A stretch of 64,000 nucleotides of DNA from Adineta vaga (GCA_021613535.1 CP075494.1:7254001-7318000); one strand, 5' to 3'; positions 21,401-35,081 are shown, numbered from the stretch's first letter. The notes: generated by a model from the sequence alone, not told the origin. Made by a program: numbers and translations.

Positions 21401-24400
21401 CTATGTATGAACAATCTGACTGTTAATATTCATTGTATGTAATTGTGTTTGACATATACGTATGGAATCCATTTGTCGACGTATCATGCTGATTTTATGT
21501 GTATTGATATTTTTTGTTTGATTAAAATTATGACGTTTTGTTGTTAGATCAGTTCGCTATGAGAAGAGAAAATGAAATAATTCAAGAAATCGTTTCGAGA
21601 AATGAAATAAATTGCATACTTGATTCTCAAGTAGATGTTTATATTCTTCAAATTTCTTTTTCTTCTCATCTAAAGTTAATTGTTGTTCTTGTTCTTCATT
21701 CTGATGTATTTCAAGTAATCTATCTGCATTTGCTGCTTTGAATTTAACATTTAACAACGCATTGTGTAATAATTGATGTTTTTTTCGTGTACAAACTAAA
21801 TCAATATGTAATTTATCGATACTATCACGTAATTCGATTGATTGTTTGGCATCTTGTTTGGATTGAAATAAACGACGTTGAATATCACGAGTTTCATTTT
21901 CAATTGATATTTTTGTCTAGAGAGGAGAGATGATTTTTTCATAGATAAAATCGAATGCTTACTTGTTCTAAATCTTTTTTTTCATTTTGTAATCGTAAAT
22001 ATTTCTCATTAATTGAAGATCTTTGTTGCCAATGATCTTCTTCATCTGTTTTTAATTCTCTAAAATCATAATAAAAATATTTCAAAAGCAACAAATCAAC
22101 TGTCAAACATTACGTACATTTGTGTAGCTGATAGTGAATTATAAAATGTCTCATTCATTCGATTAAATTCATTGATTCGATTACGTACATCATGTATTAA
22201 TGGACATTTTTGTTGACGATCATTAATTAATTCTTCATATTGAATTTCCTAAAAGTGAAAATTTGATAAAATTGATCTTTGAACGAATGACAAAAATTTT
22301 ACTTGATTCTTTAATTCTTTCTCTAAATCACAAATAGATGTTGCCTTTTTTGCATCTCGAATTAATTGAGCATAATATTCTCGTTTATCTTGTTCATAAT
22401 TACAGTCTAACATGTCAAGTTGTAATTGAACTTTTGCATGAATATTATGATCAACAGAATTCGAATCTTTCTTGGTTGACGATCCATTTGTATGTTGACG
22501 TCGAGTGGCATCATCCGATGCTTGAATACGTGATAGATTCATTTGACCATTTTGAATTGTTGTTTGCCATTGTTGTTCATATGTTTGACAATGAGAATCT
22601 AAATAAGTTTCAAAAAAAGATTTTCATATTTGAAATCAAATCGTTTGTTTTTCTTTTACCCGAATAATTTGAATAACAATCTGTTGAATGCTTCTTTCCA
22701 TATTGATTTTCTATCGTACTTTTAACTATCTGACTTTTCATTTCACTCGGATTTAAAACACTTTCGGTATATTTATTACACATGCGAATAACATGATCAA
22801 TTTCAAACTAAACAAAAGTAATTTGAATAAGAAATCTTGCTTTTCAACTTTCAACGTACTCGATTGGAATCATCGGCTTTTTTTGTTTCTTCATCTTTTC
22901 GTTTTTTGAAATCATTCGATAATAATGGCGATATATCATCAGATACAACATACTATCGAATGAAATTAGTTCAACAATCGAGAAAAAGATTAACTTACAC
23001 GATCACCATTCGCAATGGAATTTTGCCATAGTTCATTTTGCCAACGATTTTCATGTTTTTCACTTTCAGGTGTACCACAAACAATACTTGGTTGAAGTTT
23101 AAAATGATAACAAAGTGGCTACAATACAACGATAATTGTCATAGAAATCTATGCAGAAATTCAACGAAGACTAATTTCGTTTTTACTTACCAATAAAACT
23201 TTGTCAATACCGATTCGATTCGTTAATTTCTCACTGCTATTGTGATACTTTGTAGTGAATCGGGTTGAAGTTCTCGACGAAGAGTATTAGGATATAATAT
23301 GTACAATAAATAAAATAATGAATAAATAGAAACCGCAAATGTCGATGGTGTATCAAAAGAAACTAAACAAAAATTTCTTAGATTAAAACAAAAATTGCTT
23401 ATCTCCTTACGATTTGCTTTGACAAATTGATTTGCTGCATATTTTAATGTTTCAATAACAAATGGTATTTGTTGATGGATAAGAATAGGATTTATAAGAA
23501 TAATTGAAGCAAGTGTCAAACAACTTAGACCTTGAATATCAGGTTCGAACTAAAAATTTGAAGAAATAAGAAAAACAATCAAAGTAAAAGTTTTGTTATT
23601 TACGCTAATTACGAGAGGAAAATTATTTTTGATTTTCGAGGAAAGAGCATAAAAAGTTACTCAGAAACTTAAATTTTTATCACTTCTGACCAAAGTTCTC
23701 TTCTACTTTGGTAATCCGAAAAAGTCAATAAATAAAAATATTCAAAAAAAACCTCTTTTAATTGACGAGCTTGTGCAGGAAAAACAAGAAGACGTGTTTG
23801 TCGTTGAAGATCAGATCGACCACCATTGATTGAGGGTGTTGCTAATAATTTAAATATTTCAATATAAATAATTGCTAAACGGTAACGTGCTCCTTGTCGA
23901 TGAGCATTTGTTGGTAAAGATGAAAGCAGAGAAGAACGTCGATTATAAATGAATAGATCATCATCATTACTATCAATTGGTTGAGATGTTGGATTCCAAA
24001 TAAAATCAATTAGTGCCTAAAAATTCCAATTTTTATCACATGTAATTGAAATCTAGTCGAAAAATATACAGAAAAAAGACTGCAACTCAAATTTCTATAT
24101 GGTTAGAAAGAAAGATCTCATCAATCTAATCCAATCTTTATTATTTACTTCAAAGCATTCATTTGGACAATTTCGAATAAGATCAAGTATGTCATTTGAA
24201 CCTTTCAAGAGATATTCATTTACTAAATATTGAACAAGTTGACGATCATCATCTAAAGATGGTGAAAACGAGAGGATAATTTTCTTCAAAAAACCAATTC
24301 ATTTAATATTTTACCTTTGTACAATCGGCTTGATCTATCTGTCAAACCAATACCTTCTGATAACTGTCGTCGATGACTATTGTTGTTATTATTACTATTA

Positions 24401-24426
24401 TTATTAGCTGTTTTATTTGATAACAT
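21401..24426 (-). CDS. TSC1: Hamartin-like protein (divergent TSC1), multi-exon
   Basis: LVQYLVNEYLLKGS resembles LVNTLVDYYLETSS; AVSIYSLFYLLYILYP resembles ASVYALFHRLYGMYP; FKLQPSIVCGTPESEKHENRW resembles [31 protein letters not shown] resembles YERFKRQQHA and is followed by a long coiled coil. Confidence 0.75.
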
Positions 24427-24595
24427 TTAGATTCTAGAACAAAACAAAAGCAATCAATGTTATATATGCTGCTTAGTATACGTTTAGTTTCTTTTTCTTG
24501 CGGAAAAATAAAAAAAATAAGAAGCAAATAAATATCATATTCATAACTAGCTGAACTAAATATATGAAGAGAAGAAATTGCATATAGTTTTTGTT

Positions 24596-25705
24596 TTATT
24601 GTGAGGCAGTCGATTGATCTTTGGAATGATTCATTCGTCTTTCTCGCCAACGTCTAATAAATAGAAAATACGAAATATTGGATTTTGTTGAATATATCAA
24701 ATAATATTTACTTTGCTTCTGCATATTCACTATCATATTGAAAATGAATTAGTCGTGGTATTGGAGAATAATCACGAATGAGTAAATGTTTTGCTATTGG
24801 TAATTCAGTTATCATTGGAGCATATTTCATAAAATGATAGTTGACAAAATAATACCATCCACAACCTAATGCAATACCAACAAATGCGCCAACAACAACT
24901 TGTGCAACAGTATGATAATGAAGATAAACTCTGATAAAATAATCGGAATAGAAAAAATTAAATAGATTTTATTTTGTCATACCGGCTGTAGGCAACAATT
25001 GTAGCAACAATAAGTTGACCAACAACAAGAAAACGATTGCGCATTGAACGTATACTTGGTGTACCGGGCATTTGAGATCTAATATTGATTGAAATTAAAA
25101 TGAATTCAAAAGAAAATCTTTTACTTCATAATGATAAATATCGCCAAATATGTCATAAAATAGAAGAATGTTTGAGCATGATCACTAGGCATACCATGAA
25201 CTTCATAGAGACCCATTCGATCTCGAGCTAAAAGTCTCGAATACATATTGATCTGTTTAAGAAAGAATTATCAATCAACTTACTTCTTTCTGGTCGTGCT
25301 TGTTTAAAAATTCTTTTAAGAGAGCTATTACAAACTTCCGATATACAAAATCCACCGAAATACATTATCTAAATTAGAAAAAGTAAATCATTCGATATCA
25401 AACAAAACACTGTCATCTACCGTTTGTATATCACGTCGGAAAAGAATTAATGTGCATAAGGAAACAATATAAATAAATGGTAACATCGAAAACCATGCCA
25501 GAAAAAAACCAATTTTATCACCTAAATTTGTTTTAAATGAAACGATTGATTTCAATTGGAAAAGAACAACTATTTACCTTCTTGATATTCGATAAATGTC
25601 ACTAAAAAGAAAGAAGATTACAAATGACATATATTCAGTAAAAACAATCAAAACAAAATATTTACATGATAATGGTCGATAAATCGGATCGTTGAGAACA
25701 CCCAT
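24596..25705 (-). CDS. DOLPP1: Dolichyldiphosphatase 1 (PAP2 family), multi-exon
   Basis: RPLSLTFIEYQEGD, LILFRRD, KRIFKQARP, GMPSDHAQ, YSRVYLHYHTVAQV, LLIRDYSPIPRLIHFQY; stop TAA at 24598-24596. Confidence 0.9.
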
Positions 25706-26772
25706 TTTGCTATAAATTAATTAGGAAAGGTTTTTTTTTATCGAAATAAATCGAATTGAAAACAAAAATTCTATCGAAAATCAATCAAACAATTTGTTAA
25801 CTTTCTTTTTCTCGCCTATATTTTCATCTAAATAAACCAACCTATTCCTATTGGTTTAATATCAGCTGTTTCATAATGCATTACCATGTTAGAAATATTC
25901 ATTTACAGTATAGTACGCGACACACCTTGAGGATTAAAACTCATTCGATATTTTGTCTAATTAGAAACTGTAACATGTAAAAAATTGTCATTTAGTTGTC
26001 GAACTTTGTCATAATAACAAATTGAATTAAATTTCTTTATAACTTATTAATATTTCTAGAAATTCATATGAATATTTTCCCTATAATAGAGGTAGATATG
26101 AGCAAAATCATTGTAGAATATAATTTACGAGAGAAACTTCAAAGTTCACTGGAGATTGTTGACGATCTATGGAATATTATCTCCTACAACTAATAACCAA
26201 TGTATATCAAGCATTTCATTTGTCCGTCGGTTATTCGATTTTGTAGATAACTGAGTTGAGTTATTATCATTCATTCGGAATATTCATACAATCGAATTGA
26301 CGGAGAACTGAATGTCTCTTGAGTTTATCCAGTACGACATAACAGAAGAAGAACTACGTCATTGTACAATCAGTGCACGTCTGAGAGGAAAATATCCGAA
26401 TGTTCTATTACTCATGTATACGTCGACGTTGCTAAAAGCCATTTCTCTCATCGATTATATTCTCAATATGTACTACTGAAGATCGTCTCATCTTTTTACT
26501 CGTTAATACATAGTCAATCACGTGTGGATGCCACGTGATGAAAATAAATATAAAGATAAGTTTCTGTAATCTGATTTGCATATTCAACACGTCTTTGATC
26601 TTTTCTCTCAAAAGTTAAATTTCAGCTTGTTTTTATGTATAAGAAACATTTCAAGTAGACGATTACTTTCATTTTATTATTCGGAATATTTTAAGGATAC
26701 AAAAAAAAACACAAAACACACGAATAACAGCGAGATTACATATACAACGTTTTGTTTTCTCTGCATCTATAT

Positions 26773-27049
26773 TCAATGCATAGCTTTTTGTTTGTTAACT
26801 TCTTTTGAAGCAGCATGACCAGCTTCTTCAGTTTTATCTTTAACATAATCAATTCCAGCACCGACACGTTCGCCGGCAGTATTACTTGAATCTTTTGCTT
26901 TTTCTTTGTTACATTCTGCTGATGAACCACTGATTACTTCCTAATAGAATGAAAGATAATTCTATATTTGTTTTAATTCAGAAAAGAAAAAGTATACATA
27001 CATTAATCTTATCTCCGACAGCATTAGCAGCATTCTTAATAGTTTCCAT
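26773..27049 (-). CDS. Grg1/CCG-1-like (fungal glucose-repressible) 71-aa hydrophilic stress protein
   Basis: Exons 27049-27002 and 26940-26773 give METIKNAANAVGDKINEVISGSSAECNKEKAKDSSNTAGERVGAGIDYVKDKTEEAGHAASKEVNKQKAMH*, collinear with Neurospora GRG-1/CCG-1 as I recall it. Not correctly shown in the ORF track. Confidence 0.85.
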
Positions 27050-27125
27050 TTTGTATGCGTTGATTTGTGATTGATAAAGATGAGAAAATATAATAGAAAT
27101 GAGAGAATGTGTGTACTATGCTTGT

Positions 27126-27134
27126 CTTTTTATA
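27126..27134 (-). promoter_or_regulatory. TATA box of the Grg1-like gene
   Basis: TATAAAAAG about 80 nt upstream of the ATG. Confidence 0.55.
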
Positions 27135-27353
27135 TGTGATATCCATGGCACCATTTTCTCTCCTTTCTTTTTCTCCATTTTCTATCGATCTATTTCTTCT
27201 TCGTACATAGAAGAAGAAAAGAAGTGACTCCGATATATTGATGAGAATCAAAAGGTTTTAGCTATTTTTATCGAAGATTAAGAATCGACGACTGATTAAC
27301 CCTTTTACTCTTCCATCCTATAGATGAATCATTTTTATTCAAAGAAAAATAAA

Positions 27354-28370
27354 CTATATTTTCATATTTGATATATTCGTTCTGCTGCTAGTAAGATAAC
27401 GTTGTTGAATAAATTGAATTACGAAAAGAAGCAAGAGAATCGATACAAAAAGAATAAGATTTCGCCAACGATATATCCATTTAATTATTGAGGCATCATT
27501 TCCATGCCAACTTGATGCTAAATAATAATAACAACAATAAAATTTAAAGATCATCTATGAATGACTATATATATGTATACCTTTTAAATGCCGAAAAAGT
27601 GAATATGAAGAATTAAAAATATATTTCCCATAGAGTTCAGGAGAGAGAATATCTAAGGAAGAACGATTCGGATACTTCCATGCTTCTTTTGTAAGAAACA
27701 TTGGACCTGTAGAAAACATTACTGTTGGATATCTATAGAAGAATAAAATTAGATTTATTAGAAATCAATTGATTTAGCTCATTTACTTGCTGAAAATATA
27801 TCGATTTGCATTCGGTAAATTATTTAAAATTTGAAATAAAAATGGATGTTTTGGTTTTGAAATGATAATATCATTCGATAAACCAACAGGTGATGTTTTT
27901 GGAAGAATAAATTCATATTTTAGCAAATGATCGAGTGATTTTAAACAAAAAATATCAAAATCTATATAAATGCCTCCATATACATAAAGAACAACAAGAC
28001 GAATAACATCTGCACGTTGAATATTATACGGATAAGAATCATATGTTGATAAAAGAGAAGGAAATTCTTGTTTAATTAAATCACGTCCTTGTTTATCCGA
28101 CCAAAATTTGTACTGATAATTTGGATGAAGACTTCGACAACTATTTGATGCTTGTTGCCAATTTAACGGAATAGAATTCATATCACGGAAAGTTTGATGA
28201 ATAATATACGGTGTTGATAATGATGACGACATAGAAAGATTATTTGAAGATTTGATTGTACTCGTTTGCCAAATGTAAATTGCATGAAGCCATGGTAGAA
28301 GAAAACATAGAGAAAGAATTGTAAGAATGACAATCAATGTTAAGATAATTGAATATGATCCCATGGACAT
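27354..28370 (-). CDS. GT32 DXD glycosyltransferase, SUR1/CSH1-like inositol phosphoceramide mannosyltransferase, 3 coding exons
   Basis: N-terminal TM helix, PYIIHQT, LHPNYQYKFWSD, YPYNIQRADVIR, GGIYIDFD, KTSPVGLSND, PKHPF, VMFSTGPMFL, SSWHGND and a C-terminal TM helix match the yeast Sur1/Csh1 layout. Confidence 0.88.
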
Positions 28371-29760
28371 CTAATGATTTTCTACAAAGATTAATATATT
28401 ATTCGATATTTTATTATGAACTTACTATAACAAAGATCTCAATAATTATTCTTTATTTCATTCTACAATAGATTCTATTATTCATGTTATTCAATTTAAA
28501 AAAATTTGGTTATGAAAACATTCATCTGAATGTATCGCTATTCTAGTGCATACAGTTAAATACACAGTGTACGGATAGTATTTTTCCGTTCGGGGAAAAA
28601 GAACATCGATCAACTAAGTACGTTTTTCTGAGTAAAGGATGACTAAGACCTTGCGTGAATGAAATCTTTTCTTTTTATAAAAGTACAATGTCAATTTATT
28701 TTTAAACGTAAACCACCTCTTCACACATGGTTTTTACCTGAAATCATCGAGATATTTTCGTACTGTTCTCTTTTATCCCATACATGAGTATATTGATGAT
28801 GAATGGGTGATTTTATAGGATAAGACATCAGTTTTGTAAGTATACATTTTTTCAATATTTTTGTTTCAGAATATATCATGTTTTGCACTATAAATTTATC
28901 TAATTTATACGTTGAGTACGAAACTAATGTTTTCTCTTTGATCGATAAAAACTTTTGTTTTAACTCAATGATGCATAGATAATGATTTCATCCACTCAAA
29001 AATTCAGTATGACTATTCATTCAACAAAGAATATTAAGACATAAAACTTGAGTGCAAACGCAGATATTAGAAATTGTTTACATCTTATCATTTTTCATAT
29101 TATGATCGTGCCATCTGCCTTACTGTCTATATTTACATGATATAAAATCATCTTATCGATATTTGTATCTATTTTCAACAGCATTGCTCTGCATCTGCTA
29201 TTCACCATACAACAAGGTAACCATTAAACAATTGATATTGATATTTTATGATTTCCCAAGAAACAATCGATCACTGATTAGTTTTCATACGCATTTTATA
29301 TGTACTTTCTTAACTTTTCAGAAAACAGCATGGTATATTTTTTGTTGACTGTGAATGCTTCACTAGTTTTCATACATTTTATCATGAGTAATAATTGTTG
29401 TTTAAATTTCGAACATGATATATTTAACTCAAAAATATCAAAGAAATGTTCCTATCGTACACACTACGATGATTCATTTACACAACGAACTATTCGAATG
29501 CAAAAATACTTCATATAGTAGAACACGAGTTAATCTTTGAGAAAACAAAGAAGATGATATTATTTCCTGATGTACTCAAGTTTGAATTTAATGTCTTTCA
29601 TTCATCATTGATTCATCTAAACAGAACATAAAAGTGCGCTATAGACAATTGAAGAATTGCATAGAAAGTAGCGATGGTTTTTCATAGAACATCATATACA
29701 GATGTATAAATATACAAAACTTATTTTTGTATAGTTACGATCGAAGATCTTGACTAGGAA

Positions 29761-30302
29761 ATGCCGTCGATAAGTGAAAAACCTCGTATTGTTTATATTC
29801 ATTCAAATTTTGATATTCAACAATATTCAACACAATATGAATTACAAAGCGAACGGAAATGTTTGTTTTTTCTTAATATAATCAATCCATTTAAAGATGA
29901 ATTTAGTACAACCAATGAATATTTACATCAAACAATCGTGAAAATTTTATTAAAACATTTGAAAACCGAAATACGTTCACAGTATAATTGTTGGCCAATG
30001 TATAATATTCCATCATCATCACTTTCATTAAAATATCTTTATACAACTACTGAAAATAATAGACATGTTCTACCATCAGATATTATTTGCAAAGGTGAAA
30101 TAAAATTTCTTATAAACGATTTATTTTATCGTATGATTTAGAATATTGTCATCTTCATGGAATATGTTGGCAATCGATCAAAAGTGATAAATCTTTATAT
30201 GATAAGATGCGTGAATATTTGAATAATTTTCGTTTGGAAATCATCGATGCACTTAATGAAACAAAGATTCGAACATCAACTAACGAAATATTTGAACAGT
30301 AG
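29761..30302 (+). CDS. Hypothetical protein (~165 aa, 2 exons)
   Basis: ORF from ATG 29761; a GT-AG intron (~30095-30141) continues the frame to TAG at 30300-30302; AATAAA follows. No family recognised. Confidence 0.6.
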
Positions 30303-32973
30303 ACAAGAAAACGAATTTTTGAACAAAATAGACTTTAATTTTTTTATAATAAACATGAAAAATTCAATATCTATTTAAATGTACGTGTATTTGTGTGTCT
30401 GTCTGTCTGTGCGTGTGTGTGTGTGTAAAACAATATGTATTAAAAATACGGAAACAGTGTAAACATTGTTTTTTTTCTGTTGATTCAATCTTGCTTTTTA
30501 TGATTAGTAACAATAACACATTTTTAGTTTAATTACAAAACTTAGACAACGAATTTATTCGATTGAATCAATTTTTACATATGATAGAAAAATGGGAGGA
30601 CATTTTCTTATTGTGATATTTCTTTATTACCTTGAATAGTTTCTTAACATTATTTCTGAATTATAGTGCAAGAAACATACCTATTTGATTATCATGATAT
30701 CTAATTTTCTGCGATTCTTCACTTCTTTATTGAATAGAGTTCAAACGAAATTCTGTACAAAGATCATTGTAAGTATTACAAAAATTGCTCCGATTTTTCA
30801 TTGTGATCTCGTCGAAAGAGTATGAAATTCTCAGACTTCTGTATGGAAGATTTCATGCATGAATAATATTCACGATCTATTTTCTCTTAAGAAATTTTTC
30901 TATAGAATAAGAGATTCCGGACTTGATCCAGGTGCTTATTAAAAAATCATTAAAACATATTTGAAATATGAAAAAGTAATAATAATAATATAAAAAGTAT
31001 GTCTGACACTTGATGAACATATCAGACCGGAATAACTTCTACAGAGTCATCGATGACTCTTGTTAATCCAACAGTTATGGCACTTCAAAAATTGTCTATT
31101 AATTATCAGTGAAGACAATCATTTAGGTTCGTGGCAAAGACTTTCTTTTCATGAAAACTGATGAGTTAGATAAAAGAAACCTGAAATTAATCAAAGGAAT
31201 CGAATTTAAAGCTATAAGTATTACAAAATTGAAGGAAAACTATCATCACCGAAAAATAACTGTCACTTAATCTTTTCTACTTTAATAATTATGTTTATTT
31301 TAATATTCCATTCATCAATGTCTAACATGGCACTAAAAAAAACTTTTGTTTTTCATCATTTACCGTTTGTAATTAATCACTTAGAAGAAATAGAACACAA
31401 CGTACGCGTATATATCCTCGATGACAGTCACGATCAACTTGCTCCGTGACCCATCGTACGGTTCCTGCTACACGCGAATCAAGCCTAGTTGCAAAAGTTT
31501 TCGTGACATTTTTCCATAGAAATACTACTTATTCATCATACTTTTTCTTTGTATAATGATATAATTACCAGTAAAATTACCATAGGCATTTCGATATAAA
31601 TTCATTTTTCATGACGCACGCATCAACGAATTTGGACTTCATTTTAATATGGATGTTTACCTTTATGTAAGTATTATATGCACACGAAAGCAACATGTTA
31701 ATGATTAATAGTCCATTTCATTGTTCGAAACATCGCTATCTAATCACATACTGAATACTCTTTTAGATCGTTAATGTATCTCCAACAGTGATTTTAACAG
31801 AAAAGTCTTCCGTTCACCTACATCTTATTGTTAACAGAATCAGGTTATAGAGTTTATTACAAAGTTCTAACACTCAATGATCTCTCACAGATAATTAGGT
31901 CATACTCACTATAATGAGTTTGTTTTATGATACAATCAAGATGTGAATACTATTCTATCGTGACTATTCTCACTTGCAGATGTATACATGAATATTAATT
32001 AAATCTCGAGAACTTATTTCTATTTTGATATTAGATTCGAATGTTTTTAATTATTAAATCATGTTTTATTCTTTATATGAACTCTTTTTTCCTTCTTCCT
32101 ATACAACAGCTGCTTTCGGTGTCAGTCGTCTATTTTTACAAATGATTATATCACTATGAACTAAATTTTAATTTCACATTATTATTATGGTAGAAATCTT
32201 AATGACATCAGATTATTTTTATTCTTCTTAGACGATAATAAAGATAACTGGTAGTATTTCATCCTATAAAATAAATTCTTTTGACGTATATGTACTCATT
32301 TCTCTTCATAAGAGGTTAACATGATCTAGATATGATTGATAAAGAATAAAACAATGAATAGATGATAAATATATTGTAACTTTTAGAATTTAAATTCAAC
32401 AGATTTTCTTTTTCTTCTACTTTATTTTATCTCTGTATAAAATTAGTCTAGAGTTATATAGTATAATTCTGGATTAAATGGTTATAATAACCCTATTATA
32501 CATATATGATACATTTTTTCTTTTCTTTCTTCGACGATGAATATAAAAGCAGTATGTTATTATTCTTGTTTTGTATCAGTATTTTATCTTTCTACGGTCA
32601 TCGTGTCTTCAGTTTAAAAACAAAATACATCAAACCATTAGGAAGACATATTTTTTCTACATATTATTTTAAAAAGAATCTTTTGCTTTTCGTTGCCTGC
32701 ATACATACATACATCAAAGCGAATCACATACTTATCAAAAAATTAATGATATTTATTATCAAGTAATCTACCTAAAGTTTTCTTATTTGCTCATTTACTC
32801 GAACGTATCATATAAAAATATAGTAATTTACTGACAGAAGTACGAAACAGCATTGAAGTGTATAACTGGTAAAAAGGAAATTAAGATTCTCTTTTTTCTC
32901 CCCGTTATCATCGTTCTGTAAGAATCATCTTAATCAATGTATAAATATAATATATGTATCTATTCTTTTCTAG

Positions 32974-33462
32974 ATGAATCATCTATCTAGAATGAAAATT
33001 CGACGTACAGAATCTTCAGGGTAAGTTGATCTATGATCAAAATGTGTATTAAAATTCATTCTGTTTTTTTTTCTTCTGATTGTTTAAGAAAACCGATTAC
33101 AATTACAGCTGAACGATTATCCGATCATTCACGTATAACATTTTCAATATCATCGGATAAAACAATTGAACAATTACGTTCTTTATTGAATCATCATTTA
33201 CCACCACATATTTCAAATCAATTTAGTTTATATTCATTTCAACGTGGTGCTCTAATACATTTTCATCCACCATCATTCAAATTAGATTATTTTCCTGTTA
33301 TATTCGATCAATCTGTTCTTCTATTACAAATGGATGATCGACATGTAAATAATACAAATATATCGAATGGAAAAAAACCTTTAGCTGACAGAACAAAACC
33401 TAAATATTCTTTGTTAACTCATTTTCTTTCAACGAAAACGACGCGAAATAGTCGAAGAAAAC

Positions 33463-33499
<37 letters not shown>

Positions 33500-33557
33500 T
33501 ATCACTTGTTTAACTATAGTCAAACAATGGTTTCTTCAACGTTCTTTTTTGTGTTAA
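32974..33557 (+). CDS. Hypothetical protein with a possible ubiquitin-like (beta-grasp) N-terminal domain and a poly-Ser tract
   Basis: Short first exon MNHLSRMKIRRTESSG spliced to KPITITAERLSDHSRITFSISSDKTIEQLRSLL, a pattern resembling ubiquitin beta1-beta2-alpha1. A (TCA)n repeat encodes the poly-Ser. Confidence 0.55.
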
Positions 33558-35081
33558 ATTATTCAATGAATATACATAGTTTTTCAAAACGAACTTGTTT
33601 ACTTGTCATAGTTAAAAAAACATATCGATGATAAGTACAAGGAAGAGAGAAATGTAATTGAAATCGATGATTAACAGTAATGATTTACTGAAGAAAATGA
33701 CAGTTTAATTAGACATCATTAAATGATGTATGCTTACATAGTGAAAGTCCATATTTACAATAAATAGTTGTTCGATTGTACATATGATCAATAAGAGAGA
33801 CTAGAAAATAGACATGAAATTAACCGTTGATAGAAAGAAGATCATAAAGATCTTGCTCATACTGAAAGAATACACATAATAATGATATTTGAATAGAAAA
33901 CAAGACGTGTTCTATCTTAATTTCATATTTTCAATAGACTATTATATCCCTCGAGTTTTTGTTTCGATGAATAGAACACATCAATTCAATTTATATTAGT
34001 TGAGATGGAAAAGCTTGTGAAATACTTTTCATTGAATGACATTGAGAAGAATGATTATTGAAAGTTGCCGGGTTTTTTTTTGCAATTACATGGTCTGAAG
34101 ATCATTATCAATAATCATTAAATAAAAATAACTTTTTTAGTAAAACAAAGAGAGGAAAAAAGGAAGAGAATAAGCACCTATTCATGTGAAAATTAATATC
34201 ATTAGTTATTTATTATTATGAACGATTCATGTCCGGAGAAGATTCTTCTTCTTTTTTATTGTTTATGAATATCAATATTGGTTTTAAATGAGTATATTCT
34301 TTTTTTTTAAATTAAGGGCTTGAAGAAGACAAGTCAAAAGAGCTCATCCATCTGTTTCTTCATAAAATGTATTATTGAGAAAGTCTTTAAATAAAAGAAA
34401 AAGGAACCTTAATACTTTGAAATATCTTTCAAAAATTCAACCGAATATTCTCTTTTGCAGTAAAAGTGTAAAATAATCAGCAAATACCATTATTGTAACA
34501 TTTCATATCAGTCGATGACTGAAATCTATAATTTGATGTGTAAATATTTTTGTCAATGTCACGATGTTTTTATTTATGATTAATCATCGTTCCTTCAAAG
34601 TGTTTCTCACTAACGCGTGTCTGTGCATTTTAATTAAAACGGTATCTTACGAATAAATTTGACCTTCTTCTGTATTTTATTACACTAAAAAGAAACGAGG
34701 ATATTTTGATAGAGTAAGAAGAAAACATACCTTGCTGACTATTTACTTGAAAAATGTCATAATAAGATTTTCTCAACAATCATCTTGGGATGGTGGTAAT
34801 TAATACAGTATTATAAAGTTTTATTTGATTCATTAATCATCAGTAAATAGATTGCAAGAAAAGAACAAATTATTGTTCTAGTTTTTTAAATTAAACTTAT
34901 TTATCACGTATTGATGACTTGAAATTCAATAACTTTTTCATAATAAAATTCCAAAATACGAAACTATCATTTGCTCATATGTACGAACTCTTTCCAAATA
35001 AGTCGAAAATATATAGAACATTTTAGTAATTTAGTTTTTTTATTATAACAAATAATCTCAAAAACAAAACAAACATGTCTC

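Noticed and set aside
23551-23752. Possible extra exon with an in-frame TGA (readthrough or selenocysteine) in a 200-nt TSC1 intron
   Set aside because: Direct splicing LKE|FEPD already aligns with TSC1 CLK|MDTD, so no exon is needed, and I saw no SECIS element.
27139-27152. X-box-like ATATCCATGGCACC next to the Grg1-like TATA box
   Set aside because: Two mismatches to the RFX consensus and no ciliary context; cannot be supported without conservation data.
28561-28600. CACAGTG, resembling a Transib/RSS terminus
   Set aside because: No matching inverted end or transposase found nearby.
31043-31060. Perfect 18-bp palindrome agagtcatcgatgactct
   Set aside because: Roughly one such palindrome is expected by chance in 64 kb of AT-rich DNA, and there is no flanking TIR/TSD structure.
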